From positions 1-36,701 of the forward strand of contig JAVKIJ010000025.1 of NCBI GenBank assembly GCA_031459535.1: a stretch of 36,701 bases of DNA. Direction: 5' to 3'. Origin of the DNA: Candidatus Fervidifonticultor quintus. Its GTDB lineage: Bacteria > Sysuimicrobiota > Sysuimicrobiia > Sysuimicrobiales > Humicultoraceae. The notes under the pieces were generated by a model. The model saw only the letters and a list, made by a program, of their open reading frames with translations, made no database searches and was not told where the DNA came from. This document shows positions 18,439-27,030 of this stretch, piece after piece (position 1 is the first letter of the stretch; each line of letters starts with the position of its first letter). The translations under genes were made by a program, and so were the position numbers.

Positions 18439-19338
18439 ATGACCCTGCGCGAGGCGCTGAGCAGCGGCGCGTTCGTCGTGACCGTCGAGGCGGCGCCACC
18501 CAAAGGCACGGCGGTGGAAGGGGTCCTGGCCGAGGCGGAGAAGCTGCGCGGCCGCGTGCAGGCGTTCAACGTGACGGATCAACAGAGCTCCGTCATGCGC
18601 CTGGGATCCCTGGCCCTCTGCCACCTGCTTGCCGAGCGGGGTCTGGAGCCCGTCTACCAGGTGACCTGCCGCGACCGCAACCGCATCGCGCTGCAGTCCG
18701 ACCTGTTGAGCGCGGCGGCTTTGGGGATCGAGAACGTGCTGTGTCTCACTGGTGACCACGTTAGCATGGGCGATCACCCCCAGGCCAAGCCCGTCTTCGA
18801 CCTGGACGCGGTCACGCTGCTGCAGGCGGCGCGGGCGCTGATGGAGGGCCACGATCTGGCCGGGAAGGAGCTGGCCGGCGCCCCGCGCTTCTTCCTCGGC
18901 GCCGTCGTGAGCCCGTGCGCCGAGCCGCTCGAGCCCCAGATCTTCAAGATGGAAAAGAAGGTGCGCGCCGGGGCGGCGTTCTTCCAGACCCAGGCCATCT
19001 TCGACCTGGGCCGGTACGCGGCGTTTCACGAGGCGACGCGCGGCATGGGCGTGCCGGTGCTCGCCGGGCTGGTGATGCTCAAGTCGGCCAAGATGGCCCG
19101 GTTCATGAACCAGAACGTCCCGGGCGTCTTTGTGCCCGGTGCGCTCATCGCCGAGATGGAAGCCGCCAAGGACGCCAGAGAACGCGAGCGCGCCAGCGTG
19201 GAGATCACCGCCCGCCTGATCCGGGGGCTCCGGGGGCTGGCCGCGGGCATCCATATCATGGCCATGGGCTGGGACCATCTCATCCCGCGGGTGCTGGAGG
19301 CCGCTGGCCTGCAGCAGCAGCCTGTGGAGGCGGCGTGA
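18439..19338 (+). CDS. metF: Methylene-THF reductase flavoprotein subunit MetF
   Basis: NVTD, TCRDRNRIALQSDLL, LCLTGDH, KKVRAGAAFFQTQ, GIHIM. Confidence 0.93.
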   Translation: MTLREALSSGAFVVTVEAAPPKGTAVEGVLAEAEKLRGRVQAFNVTDQQSSVMRLGSLALCHLLAERGLEPVYQVTCRDRNRIALQSDLLSAAALGIENVLCLTGDHVSMGDHPQAKPVFDLDAVTLLQAARALMEGHDLAGKELAGAPRFFLGAVVSPCAEPLEPQIFKMEKKVRAGAAFFQTQAIFDLGRYAAFHEATRGMGVPVLAGLVMLKSAKMARFMNQNVPGVFVPGALIAEMEAAKDARERERASVEITARLIRGLRGLAAGIHIMAMGWDHLIPRVLEAAGLQQQPVEAA

Positions 19339-19339
19339 C

Positions 19340-22300
19340 GTGATCGAGCGAGAGGCCATCGATCGGTGCGGCCTGTTCGCCGGCCTCTCGGCGTCGGCGC
19401 GGGATCTGGTCGCCTCAATGGGCAAGGTCGTGACCTTCCGGCCCGGCGAGCGCGTCTTCAACGAGGGCGAGGAGGCCCGGTACCTGTATGTGATTCACGA
19501 GGGCCGGGTGGCCCTCGAGATGCGTCCGCCGCGGCCGGATGGTGACGCTCCCCGGTCGGTGGTCGTGACCGTGCTGGGCCCCGGCGACCCCCTGGCGTGG
19601 TCGGCGGTGGTGCCGCCGTTTGTGCTGACCATGTCCGCAGTGTGCATCGAACCCACGGTGCTGGTGGCCCTGGACGCGCGTCCCCTGCGGCGGTTGATCA
19701 CCCTCGACTGGGAGACCGGATACGCCATCATGGCGGGGCTGGTCGACCTGATCCTGTCCAGGCTCTCGACCATCCGGGCGCGCATGGCCCAGATCCACGC
19801 GGCGGCGGCGTTCGACCTGCGGGCGCCCGCCATGCGGGTCGCCACCTATCTGGAGTCGGTCCTGGCCGGCTACGCCGGAGAACTGACCGCCGACCAGCGG
19901 CACATCCTCCAGGGGTGCCGCGAGCGTCTGCAGGCCCAGATCGATGTGCTGGACCGCCTCCTTCGGGTGCCGGCTCCCGGCGACGAGCCGTTTGAGCGCG
20001 GGGAAATGACCCCGGGAGCGGTCGAGCCCGGCAAAGAAGGCGCCGGGCCCACGGACGGCAACGGGGCGCCCGTCGGCGCCGCAATGGTCGTGGGCGGCGG
20101 GATCGCGGGCATCCAGGCCGCCCTGGACCTCGCCGATGCGGGCATCAAGGTGTACCTGGTCGAGCGCGGCCCCGCCATCGGCGGCCGCATGGCGACCCTG
20201 GACAAGACCTTCCCCACCAACGACTGCGCCATGTGCATCCTGTCGCCCAAGCTCTCGGGCGTGGGGAGGCATCCCAACGTCGAGATCTTGACGCTGGCGG
20301 AACTGCAGCGGTTGGAGGGCGCCGCCGGGGACTTCGTAGCGACAGTGCGGCGGCGACCGCGCTTCGTGGACCCCCTGCGCTGCACGGCATGCGGTGACTG
20401 CGCCGCGGTCTGCCCCGTGAGCCTGCTCAGCGAGTTCGACGCGGGCCTCGCCGAGCGCAGGGCGATCTTCCGACCCTACGCCCAGGCCGTGCCCGGAGCC
20501 TATGCCATTGACAAGCGGGGGCGCGCGCCGTGCCGCGACGCCTGTCCCATCCACCAGCGCGCCCAGGGCTACGTGGCGCTGGTGGCCCAGGGGAGGTATG
20601 AAGAGGCCTTCAGGGTCATCGCCGACGACAACCCCTTCCCCGGCATCTGCGGCCGCGTCTGCAACCACCGATGCGAGGACGCATGCTCCCGGGGGTTGCT
20701 CGACGGCGCGGTGAACATCGCCGGCCTAAAGCGGTTCGTCGCCGACTGGATGTACGCGCGGCCGCGCCAGCCGGTTCAGCGCGCCGCCGTGCGGTACTCG
20801 GAGCGCGTGGCCGTGGTAGGTTCAGGGCCCGCGGGATTGACCGCGGCGCGTGACTTGGCGTTGCTGGGCTATCAGGTCACCGTCTTCGAGGCGCTGCCCG
20901 TCGCCGGGGGCATGATGCGTGTGGGCATCCCCGAGCACCGCCTCCCGACCGCCATCGTCGAGCGCGAGATCGCCGACATTGCCGACCTGGGGGTCGAGAT
21001 TCGCTGCAACAGCCGCATCGCCCATGTCCGCGACCTGCTCGCCGACGGTTTTGCGGCGGTGTTCGTGGCCAGTGGCGCGCACCGGGCCCGGCGCCTGCCG
21101 ATTCCCGGCGCCGAGTTGCCGGGCGTCCTGGTCAGCACCGACGTGCTCCAGAACGCCCGCCTGGGCAGGCCGGTGGCGCTGGGCCGACGGGTGCTGGTGT
21201 TGGGCGGCGGCAACGTCGGGTTCGACGTGGCCCGCACCTGCGTGCGCCTGGGCGCGGAGGAAGTCCGTGTGCTCTGCCCGGAGTCGCGCGAGGCGATGCC
21301 TGCCCATCCGTGGGAGATCGCCGCAGCGGAAGAAGAAGGGGTCAGGGTCCATCCTGGCACGGCGTTCGTGCGGGTGATCGAGCGCGACGGCCGGGCCGCG
21401 GGTCTGGAATGCCAGCGCGTGCGCTCGATGCGGTTCGACGAGGCGCGCCGGCTCCACCTGGATCTGGTCGAAGGCAGCGAGCATGTGTTCGAGGCGGACA
21501 CCATCGTCTTCGCCATCGGGCTGGCCGTGCAGCTCGAGCTGGTTGAGGGCCTCTCGGGCATTGAGACCACGCCCTGGGGCTCCTTGGCGGTCGACCCGGT
21601 CTCCGGGGCCACGGGTCATCCCGGCGTATTCGCCGGCGGGGATGTGGCCACCGGCACCGCGTTCGTGGTGGACGCGATCGCCGCGGGTCAGCGGGCGGCC
21701 AAAGGCATTCACGCCTACCTGAGAGGCGAGGCGCTGGCGACGAAGCTCCCGGCTCCCGTGGCGACGCTCGACCGGGCCGAAGTCGAGCGACGCCTGGCGA
21801 GGGGATTGATCCGACCGCAACCCCGCGCGACCGTTCACGCCCTGCCGCCGCAGGAGCGGCGCGCGTCGTTCGTTGAGGAGGACCTGGGGCTCACCGAGGA
21901 AGAAGCGCGGCGGGAGGCCAGCCGCTGCTTGGCGTGCGGGGCCTGCTCTGAATGTTTTGCCTGCGTCGCAGCCTGCAAGCGAGGGGCCATCAACCACGAG
22001 GAGGTCGAGCGCCTCGAGCGCCTGCGGGTCGGCGCCGTGATCCTGGCCCCTGGCATCGAGCCGTTCGATGCCACCCTCGCCGAGGCCTACGGCCTGGGCC
22101 GCTTTCCCAACGTGGTCACCGGGCCGCAGTTCGAGCGGCTGCTCTCGGCCTCGGGCCCTACTCAAGGACACATCACCCGGCCTTCGGACGGCAGAGAACC
22201 GAGGCGCATCGCGTTCCTGCAGTGCGTGGGCTCCCGTGACCAGCGCACCAAGTACTGTTCGACCGTGTGCTGCATGTACGCCACCAAGGAGGCCATCCTG

Positions 22301-24493
22301 GCCCGGGAGCACGCGCCGGATGCGGAGTGCACGGTCTACTACGCCGACCTCCGCGCGTTTGGCAAGGGGTTCGACGCCTACATCGAACGGGCCAGGCGCG
22401 CAGGGGTGCGTTACGTCCGCACGCGGGTCGCCGCGCTGCGCGAGGATCCGCGTACGCGCTCGCTTTCCTTCAGGGTGGAAGAGAACGGTCAGATCCGCGA
22501 AGAGGAGGCCGACCTAGTCGTCCTCTCCGTGGGCCTGACCCCGCCGGCCGGCGCCGCGGCCCTGGCCACCGCCGCGGGCATCGAGCTCGACGGTTACGGG
22601 TTCGCCAGGACCTCCCCCACCTCGCCCCTGCAGACATCCCGCGCCGGGGTGTTCGCCGCCGGGGGATTCCGCGGTCCCAAGGACATCCCCGATTCAGTGA
22701 CCGACGGCAGCGGCGCCGCAGCCGCGGCCCTGGAGCTCATCGGTGCGGCCCGCGGCACCCAGATCGTGGCCAAGACGTATCCGCCCGAGATGACGGTGGA
22801 TCCGATCCCGCGCATCGGCGTGTTCATCTGCCACTGCGGGTCGAACATCGCCGGCGTGGTGGATGTCAGGGGCCTGGCGGCCTACGCTCGCACACTGCCG
22901 GGTGTGGCCGTGGCCGAGACGTCCATGTACACGTGCTCTGCCGACACCCTGGCGCGCATCAAGCAGGCCATCGCAGAGGAGCACCTCAACCGGGTGGTCG
23001 TGGCGAGCTGCACGCCTCGGACCCATGAGCCCATCTTCCGCGAGGCGCTGCGGGAAGCCGGGCTGAACCCGTACCTGTTCGAGATGGCCAACATCCGCGA
23101 CCAGTGCTCGTGGGTCCACGGGGCTGATCCCGCCGCGGCCACCGAGAAGGCCCGCTTGCTGATTGCCGCGGCTGTGGCGCGGGCGGCGCGACTGCAGCCG
23201 CTGCACAAGGTGCCGGTGCCGATGCGAGGCGAGGCGCTGGTGGTCGGCGGCGGGGTGGCCGGATTGACCGCGGCGCTCAACCTGGCCGACCAGGGCTTCC
23301 CGGTGACGCTGGTGGAGCGCGATGCTGCCCTTGGCGGCCGACTGCGCGCCTCGCGCCTCGCACGGGACGGTGAGCCCTCGGGCGCCGAGATCGCAGACCG
23401 GCTGATCGCGCGGGCCCGGGCCCATCCGAAACTCACCGTGCTGACCGGGTGCCACGTGGTCGCCTCGCGCGGTACCGTCGGCAACTTCGAGACCACCCTG
23501 GCTGGGCCCGACGGCGAACGCACCGTGCGGCACGGTGTCACGATCCTCGCCACGGGCCTCCAGGAGTGGCACCCGAGCCCCTACGGCGTCGGCGAGGACC
23601 CCCGGGTGATCACCCTGTCGGCGTTCGAGGCGAAGATCGCCGAGGGGGCGTGGCAGGAGCCTCCTCGCGCCGTGGCCATGTTGCTGTGCGCGGGCCCCTG
23701 GGATCGGATGCCGTTCTACTGCAGCCGCACCTGTTGTGCGCAATCTCTGGCCGCAGCCCTGGCCTTCAAACGCGCACATCCCCAGGCGTCGGTGGCGGTC
23801 CTGGTCCGCGAGGTCCGCACCTATGGGTTCACCGAAGAGCTCTACACCCAAGCGCGAGCGGCCGGGGTCCAGATATTCCGGTACGAGGCCGACGCGCCTC
23901 CGATCATCCAGCGCGCGCCGGAAGGCGTCGCCGTCACCGTGCGCGACCCGAGCCTGGGTGAAGTCCTGACGCTGGGGGCAGACCTGCTGGTGGTCTCGCC
24001 GGCCCAGGTGCCATCGGACGGCGCGGGTGAGCTGTCCAATCTGTTCAAGGTGCCGGCCTCGGCGGAGGGTTTCTTCCTGGAGGCCCACGTCAAGCTGCGG
24101 CCCGCGGACTTCGCCAGCGAGGGCCTGTTCCTCTGCGGCGGCGCGCACTATCCCAAGCCGGCGGGCGAGGCGATCGCCCAGGCCCTGGCCGCCGCCGCTC
24201 GCGCCAGCACCCTGCTGTGGCGCGACAGCCTCGAGGTGGGCGGCGTGGTGGCGTCGGTCGACCGCGACCGGTGCACGAAGTGCCTGACCTGCCTACGGCT
24301 GTGCGCGTATGACGCCATTGTGTTCGACGCCGACGGCATCGCGGTCGTGGAACCGACTCGCTGCCAGGGATGCGGTCTGTGCGTGGCCGCCTGCCCGGGC
24401 AGCGCGCTCAGCCTGGGGCACTACACGCGCGACCAGATGCTCGCCAAGATCGACGCGTTGCTCGGCGAAATGGAGGCCGTGCATGCCTCCTGA
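19340..24493 (+). CDS. hdrA: Large HdrA-like flavoprotein (HdrL type: two HdrA modules plus inserted GltD-like NAD(P)H module) with N-terminal cNMP-binding and HisKA-like domains
   Basis: 1717 aa with no internal stop; RBS GGAGG before GTG 19340. Residues ~1-150 look like a cNMP beta-roll (VFNEGEEARYLYVIHEGRVAL). Residues ~158-208 read FDLRAP...GYAGELTADQRHIL. HdrA motifs: VVGGGIAG, LDKTFPTNDCAMC, CVGSRD..YCSTVCC, FICHCG.NI, CTPRTHE, NIRDQCSWVH. GltD insert from PCRDACP to RCLAC. C-terminal 2x[4Fe-4S]. Confidence 0.92.
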   Translation: MIEREAIDRCGLFAGLSASARDLVASMGKVVTFRPGERVFNEGEEARYLYVIHEGRVALEMRPPRPDGDAPRSVVVTVLGPGDPLAWSAVVPPFVLTMSAVCIEPTVLVALDARPLRRLITLDWETGYAIMAGLVDLILSRLSTIRARMAQIHAAAAFDLRAPAMRVATYLESVLAGYAGELTADQRHILQGCRERLQAQIDVLDRLLRVPAPGDEPFERGEMTPGAVEPGKEGAGPTDGNGAPVGAAMVVGGGIAGIQAALDLADAGIKVYLVERGPAIGGRMATLDKTFPTNDCAMCILSPKLSGVGRHPNVEILTLAELQRLEGAAGDFVATVRRRPRFVDPLRCTACGDCAAVCPVSLLSEFDAGLAERRAIFRPYAQAVPGAYAIDKRGRAPCRDACPIHQRAQGYVALVAQGRYEEAFRVIADDNPFPGICGRVCNHRCEDACSRGLLDGAVNIAGLKRFVADWMYARPRQPVQRAAVRYSERVAVVGSGPAGLTAARDLALLGYQVTVFEALPVAGGMMRVGIPEHRLPTAIVEREIADIADLGVEIRCNSRIAHVRDLLADGFAAVFVASGAHRARRLPIPGAELPGVLVSTDVLQNARLGRPVALGRRVLVLGGGNVGFDVARTCVRLGAEEVRVLCPESREAMPAHPWEIAAAEEEGVRVHPGTAFVRVIERDGRAAGLECQRVRSMRFDEARRLHLDLVEGSEHVFEADTIVFAIGLAVQLELVEGLSGIETTPWGSLAVDPVSGATGHPGVFAGGDVATGTAFVVDAIAAGQRAAKGIHAYLRGEALATKLPAPVATLDRAEVERRLARGLIRPQPRATVHALPPQERRASFVEEDLGLTEEEARREASRCLACGACSECFACVAACKRGAINHEEVERLERLRVGAVILAPGIEPFDATLAEAYGLGRFPNVVTGPQFERLLSASGPTQGHITRPSDGREPRRIAFLQCVGSRDQRTKYCSTVCCMYATKEAILAREHAPDAECTVYYADLRAFGKGFDAYIERARRAGVRYVRTRVAALREDPRTRSLSFRVEENGQIREEEADLVVLSVGLTPPAGAAALATAAGIELDGYGFARTSPTSPLQTSRAGVFAAGGFRGPKDIPDSVTDGSGAAAAALELIGAARGTQIVAKTYPPEMTVDPIPRIGVFICHCGSNIAGVVDVRGLAAYARTLPGVAVAETSMYTCSADTLARIKQAIAEEHLNRVVVASCTPRTHEPIFREALREAGLNPYLFEMANIRDQCSWVHGADPAAATEKARLLIAAAVARAARLQPLHKVPVPMRGEALVVGGGVAGLTAALNLADQGFPVTLVERDAALGGRLRASRLARDGEPSGAEIADRLIARARAHPKLTVLTGCHVVASRGTVGNFETTLAGPDGERTVRHGVTILATGLQEWHPSPYGVGEDPRVITLSAFEAKIAEGAWQEPPRAVAMLLCAGPWDRMPFYCSRTCCAQSLAAALAFKRAHPQASVAVLVREVRTYGFTEELYTQARAAGVQIFRYEADAPPIIQRAPEGVAVTVRDPSLGEVLTLGADLLVVSPAQVPSDGAGELSNLFKVPASAEGFFLEAHVKLRPADFASEGLFLCGGAHYPKPAGEAIAQALAAAARASTLLWRDSLEVGGVVASVDRDRCTKCLTCLRLCAYDAIVFDADGIAVVEPTRCQGCGLCVAACPGSALSLGHYTRDQMLAKIDALLGEMEAVHAS

Positions 24494-24983
24494 AGTCGAG
24501 TCGGTTGCTGCCCGCACCCCGCCCGCACCACCGGCTGAGGCCTCCAGCGCACCGGTGCAGATCGTGGCCTTCTGCTGCTTCTACTGCGCGTATGCCGCAG
24601 CCGATCTGGCGGGCGTGATGCGCCTGTCCTACCCGCCCAACGTGAAGGTGGTGCTGCTGCCGTGCACCGGCGGGGTTGATCCGCTCTACATCCTACGCGC
24701 CTTCGAGGCCGGGGCGGACGGCGTGTTCGTGGCCGGGTGCCTGGAGGGCCAGTGCCACTACCAGGTGGGTAACCTCTATGCGCGCGGCCGCGTGGCAGAG
24801 CTGAAGCGTTATCTGGACGAAGCCGGCGTCGGCGGCGAGCGCCTGGAGATGTTCAATCTCTCGTCCGCGCAGGGGCCGCGGTTCGCGGAGATCGCCCGGG
24901 AGATGACCGAGCGCATCAGGGCCCTCGGTCCGTCGCCGGTCCGGCGGGCCGGGAAGGAGCGGGCACATGCCGCAGGCACCTAG
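24483..24983 (+). CDS. mvhD: MvhD-like [2Fe-2S] subunit
   Basis: ATG 24483 overlaps the hdrA end. AFCCFYCAYAAADLAG, LPCTG, AGADGVFVAGCLEGQCHY, ERLEMF. Confidence 0.92.
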   Translation: MPPEVESVAARTPPAPPAEASSAPVQIVAFCCFYCAYAAADLAGVMRLSYPPNVKVVLLPCTGGVDPLYILRAFEAGADGVFVAGCLEGQCHYQVGNLYARGRVAELKRYLDEAGVGGERLEMFNLSSAQGPRFAEIAREMTERIRALGPSPVRRAGKERAHAAGT

Positions 24984-26370
24984 CGCAGCGCGCGGCGGGC
25001 TCGCCGACGAGATTCGCGGCACTAGCGGCCAGGACGTGGCGCTCTGCTTCCAGTGCAAGGTATGCACCAGCGGGTGTCCCCTGGCCGGCGAGATGGACCT
25101 GGTGCCCCACGCGCTGATGCGTGCCCTGCAGGTGGGGCGCGATGCCCGCGTGCTGGGGGCCAACACGTTCTGGCTGTGCGCCTCCTGCCTGGCCTGCACG
25201 GCTCGCTGTCCTCAGGGCATCGACGTCGCCCGGGTCATGGACGGGCTGCGCATTATCGCCACGCGGCGGCGGGTACCGCCGCGGGTGCCGGAAGCGCTGA
25301 TCTTCTCCCAGGCGGCGGTGCGCAGCATTCGGATGTTCGGCCGGCTGTTCGAGGCAGGCGTGGGCGCCGAGATCAACCTGCGCACGTGGCAGCCGCTGCG
25401 TGCGGGCGCGCATGCCCTGCGTCTGTGGCGGGCGGGCAGGCTGCGCCTGCTCCCGGATCTGCCGGGCCGGCCGTCGCGCGCGCCCGCGGCGGCCGGCGAG
25501 ATTGCCTACTACCCCGGGTGCGCCCTGCACGCCAGCGCGCGAGAATACGATACGTCTGCCCGCGGCGTGGCCGAGGCGCTGGGCCTCGCGCTCCACGAGC
25601 TCGAGGGATGGCGGTGTTGCGGCGCCACGGCAGCCCACCAGACGTCTGCAGAGCTGGCCACGGACCTGCCGATGGCGAACCTGACCATGGCGGCCCAGCG
25701 CGGCTTCACCACCATCACCGCTCCGTGCGTGGCCTGCTTCTCGCGCCTCCGCTACGCCCAGGCCGCCTCACCCGAGCGCGCGCCGGCGGGGTTGCGGGTC
25801 CAGCACCTGCTACACACCCTGCTAGATGCCGGGCTGGAGGAGATCCGCCGCCGGGTGAGAAGGCCGCTGGGCGGGCTGCGCGTGGCGTGTTACTACGGCT
25901 GCCTGCTGACCCGGCCTCCGGCGATCACGGGCGCGCCGAGCGTGGAGAACCCGCGGGAGATGGACCGCATCATCGAGGCGCTGGGCGGAGAACCGGTCGA
26001 GTGGTCCTTCAAGACCGAGTGCTGCGGTGCCGGCCACGCCATCGTGAAGCCCGAAATCGTCGTAGGCTTGGTGCGCCGCATCCTGCGCAATGCGCAGGCC
26101 GCCAGCGCCGAGGCCGTGGCAGTGGCCTGTCCGCTGTGCCACCACAACCTGGACGCGCTGCAGGACGACGCCGCCCGCGCCGGCGACCTGCACCCGACCC
26201 CGGTGTTCTTCTTCACCCAGCTCTTGGCGCTGGCGTTCGGCCTCGACGAGCGGACCGTGGGTCTCGACCGGCTACTCGTAGACCCGCGGCCGCTGCTGCA
26301 GATGCGGGGGCTGCTACCGGTCGGGCCCCAGGAGCTGGGCGCGCGTGATGCGGCCCGCGCGGCAGGCTAG
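24967..26370 (+). CDS. hdrCB: Fused HdrC-HdrB protein
   Basis: HdrC clusters CFQCKVCTSGCP and CASCLACTARCP. HdrB: YYPGC, WRCCG, PCVAC, YYGCLL, ECCG, ACPLC (two CCG domains). Confidence 0.9.
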   Translation: MPQAPSAARGGLADEIRGTSGQDVALCFQCKVCTSGCPLAGEMDLVPHALMRALQVGRDARVLGANTFWLCASCLACTARCPQGIDVARVMDGLRIIATRRRVPPRVPEALIFSQAAVRSIRMFGRLFEAGVGAEINLRTWQPLRAGAHALRLWRAGRLRLLPDLPGRPSRAPAAAGEIAYYPGCALHASAREYDTSARGVAEALGLALHELEGWRCCGATAAHQTSAELATDLPMANLTMAAQRGFTTITAPCVACFSRLRYAQAASPERAPAGLRVQHLLHTLLDAGLEEIRRRVRRPLGGLRVACYYGCLLTRPPAITGAPSVENPREMDRIIEALGGEPVEWSFKTECCGAGHAIVKPEIVVGLVRRILRNAQAASAEAVAVACPLCHHNLDALQDDAARAGDLHPTPVFFFTQLLALAFGLDERTVGLDRLLVDPRPLLQMRGLLPVGPQELGARDAARAAG

Positions 26371-26398
26371 CTCAGCAGGATGGCGCAGGGAGGCACGC

Positions 26399-27025
26399 AT
26401 GTACCCACAGATGTCGATCGAAGGCTTTCTGGATCGGCTGGCGTCGTCTGATGCAGAGCCCGGGGGCGGGGCCGCCGCGGCGCTGGTGGCAGCGGTGGGC
26501 GCCGCGCTGGTGAGCATGGTGGCCAGCCTCACGGTGGGCAAGGAGAAGTATGCGGCAGTCCAGACCGAGATGGAGGAGGTCCAGGCGAAGGCCCGCGGGC
26601 TGGTGCGGGACCTGGCTGGGGCCATTGACCGGGACGCCGAATCGTTCCGCAAGGTCATGGCGGCCTACCGGCTCCCGAGGAACGACGACGAGCAGAAGGC
26701 CCAGCGCACGCGAGCCATCCAGCAGGCGCTGCGGGACGCGACGGCCGAACCCGCGCGGGTGGCGCGCTTGTGCGGCGAGATCGCCGAGCTCAGCCGGGTG
26801 GTCATGGAGAAGGGGAACGTGGGGGCCATCACCGACGCGGCGATCGCCGCCGTGCTGGCCGACGCGGCGGCGGCGAGCGCCGCCCTCAACGTGAAGATCA
26901 ACCTGGGGCCGATCGGCGATCCGGCGTTCACCGAGCCCCTGTGGGTGGAGCTGCAGCGCCTGACCGACGACATCCGATCGGTGCGTGACGAGGTGTTGCG
27001 CGCCACGTACGACAGGCTCAGGTGA
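26399..27025 (+). CDS. fchA: Methenyl-THF cyclohydrolase (FTCD cyclodeaminase/cyclohydrolase family)
   Basis: LASSDAEPGGGAAAAL, LVSMVASLT.GKEKY, IDRDAESF, KGN...ITDA, LNVKINL; ATG 26399 with RBS GGAGG. Confidence 0.88.
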   Translation: MYPQMSIEGFLDRLASSDAEPGGGAAAALVAAVGAALVSMVASLTVGKEKYAAVQTEMEEVQAKARGLVRDLAGAIDRDAESFRKVMAAYRLPRNDDEQKAQRTRAIQQALRDATAEPARVARLCGEIAELSRVVMEKGNVGAITDAAIAAVLADAAAASAALNVKINLGPIGDPAFTEPLWVELQRLTDDIRSVRDEVLRATYDRLR

Positions 27026-27030
27026 GGCCC

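Noticed and set aside
19340-26370. Hdr/Mvh genes as evidence of methanogenesis or archaeal origin
   Set aside because: Bacterial-type AcsB and THF enzymes; no mcr/mtr; Hdr-MvhD next to metVF is known in bacteria.
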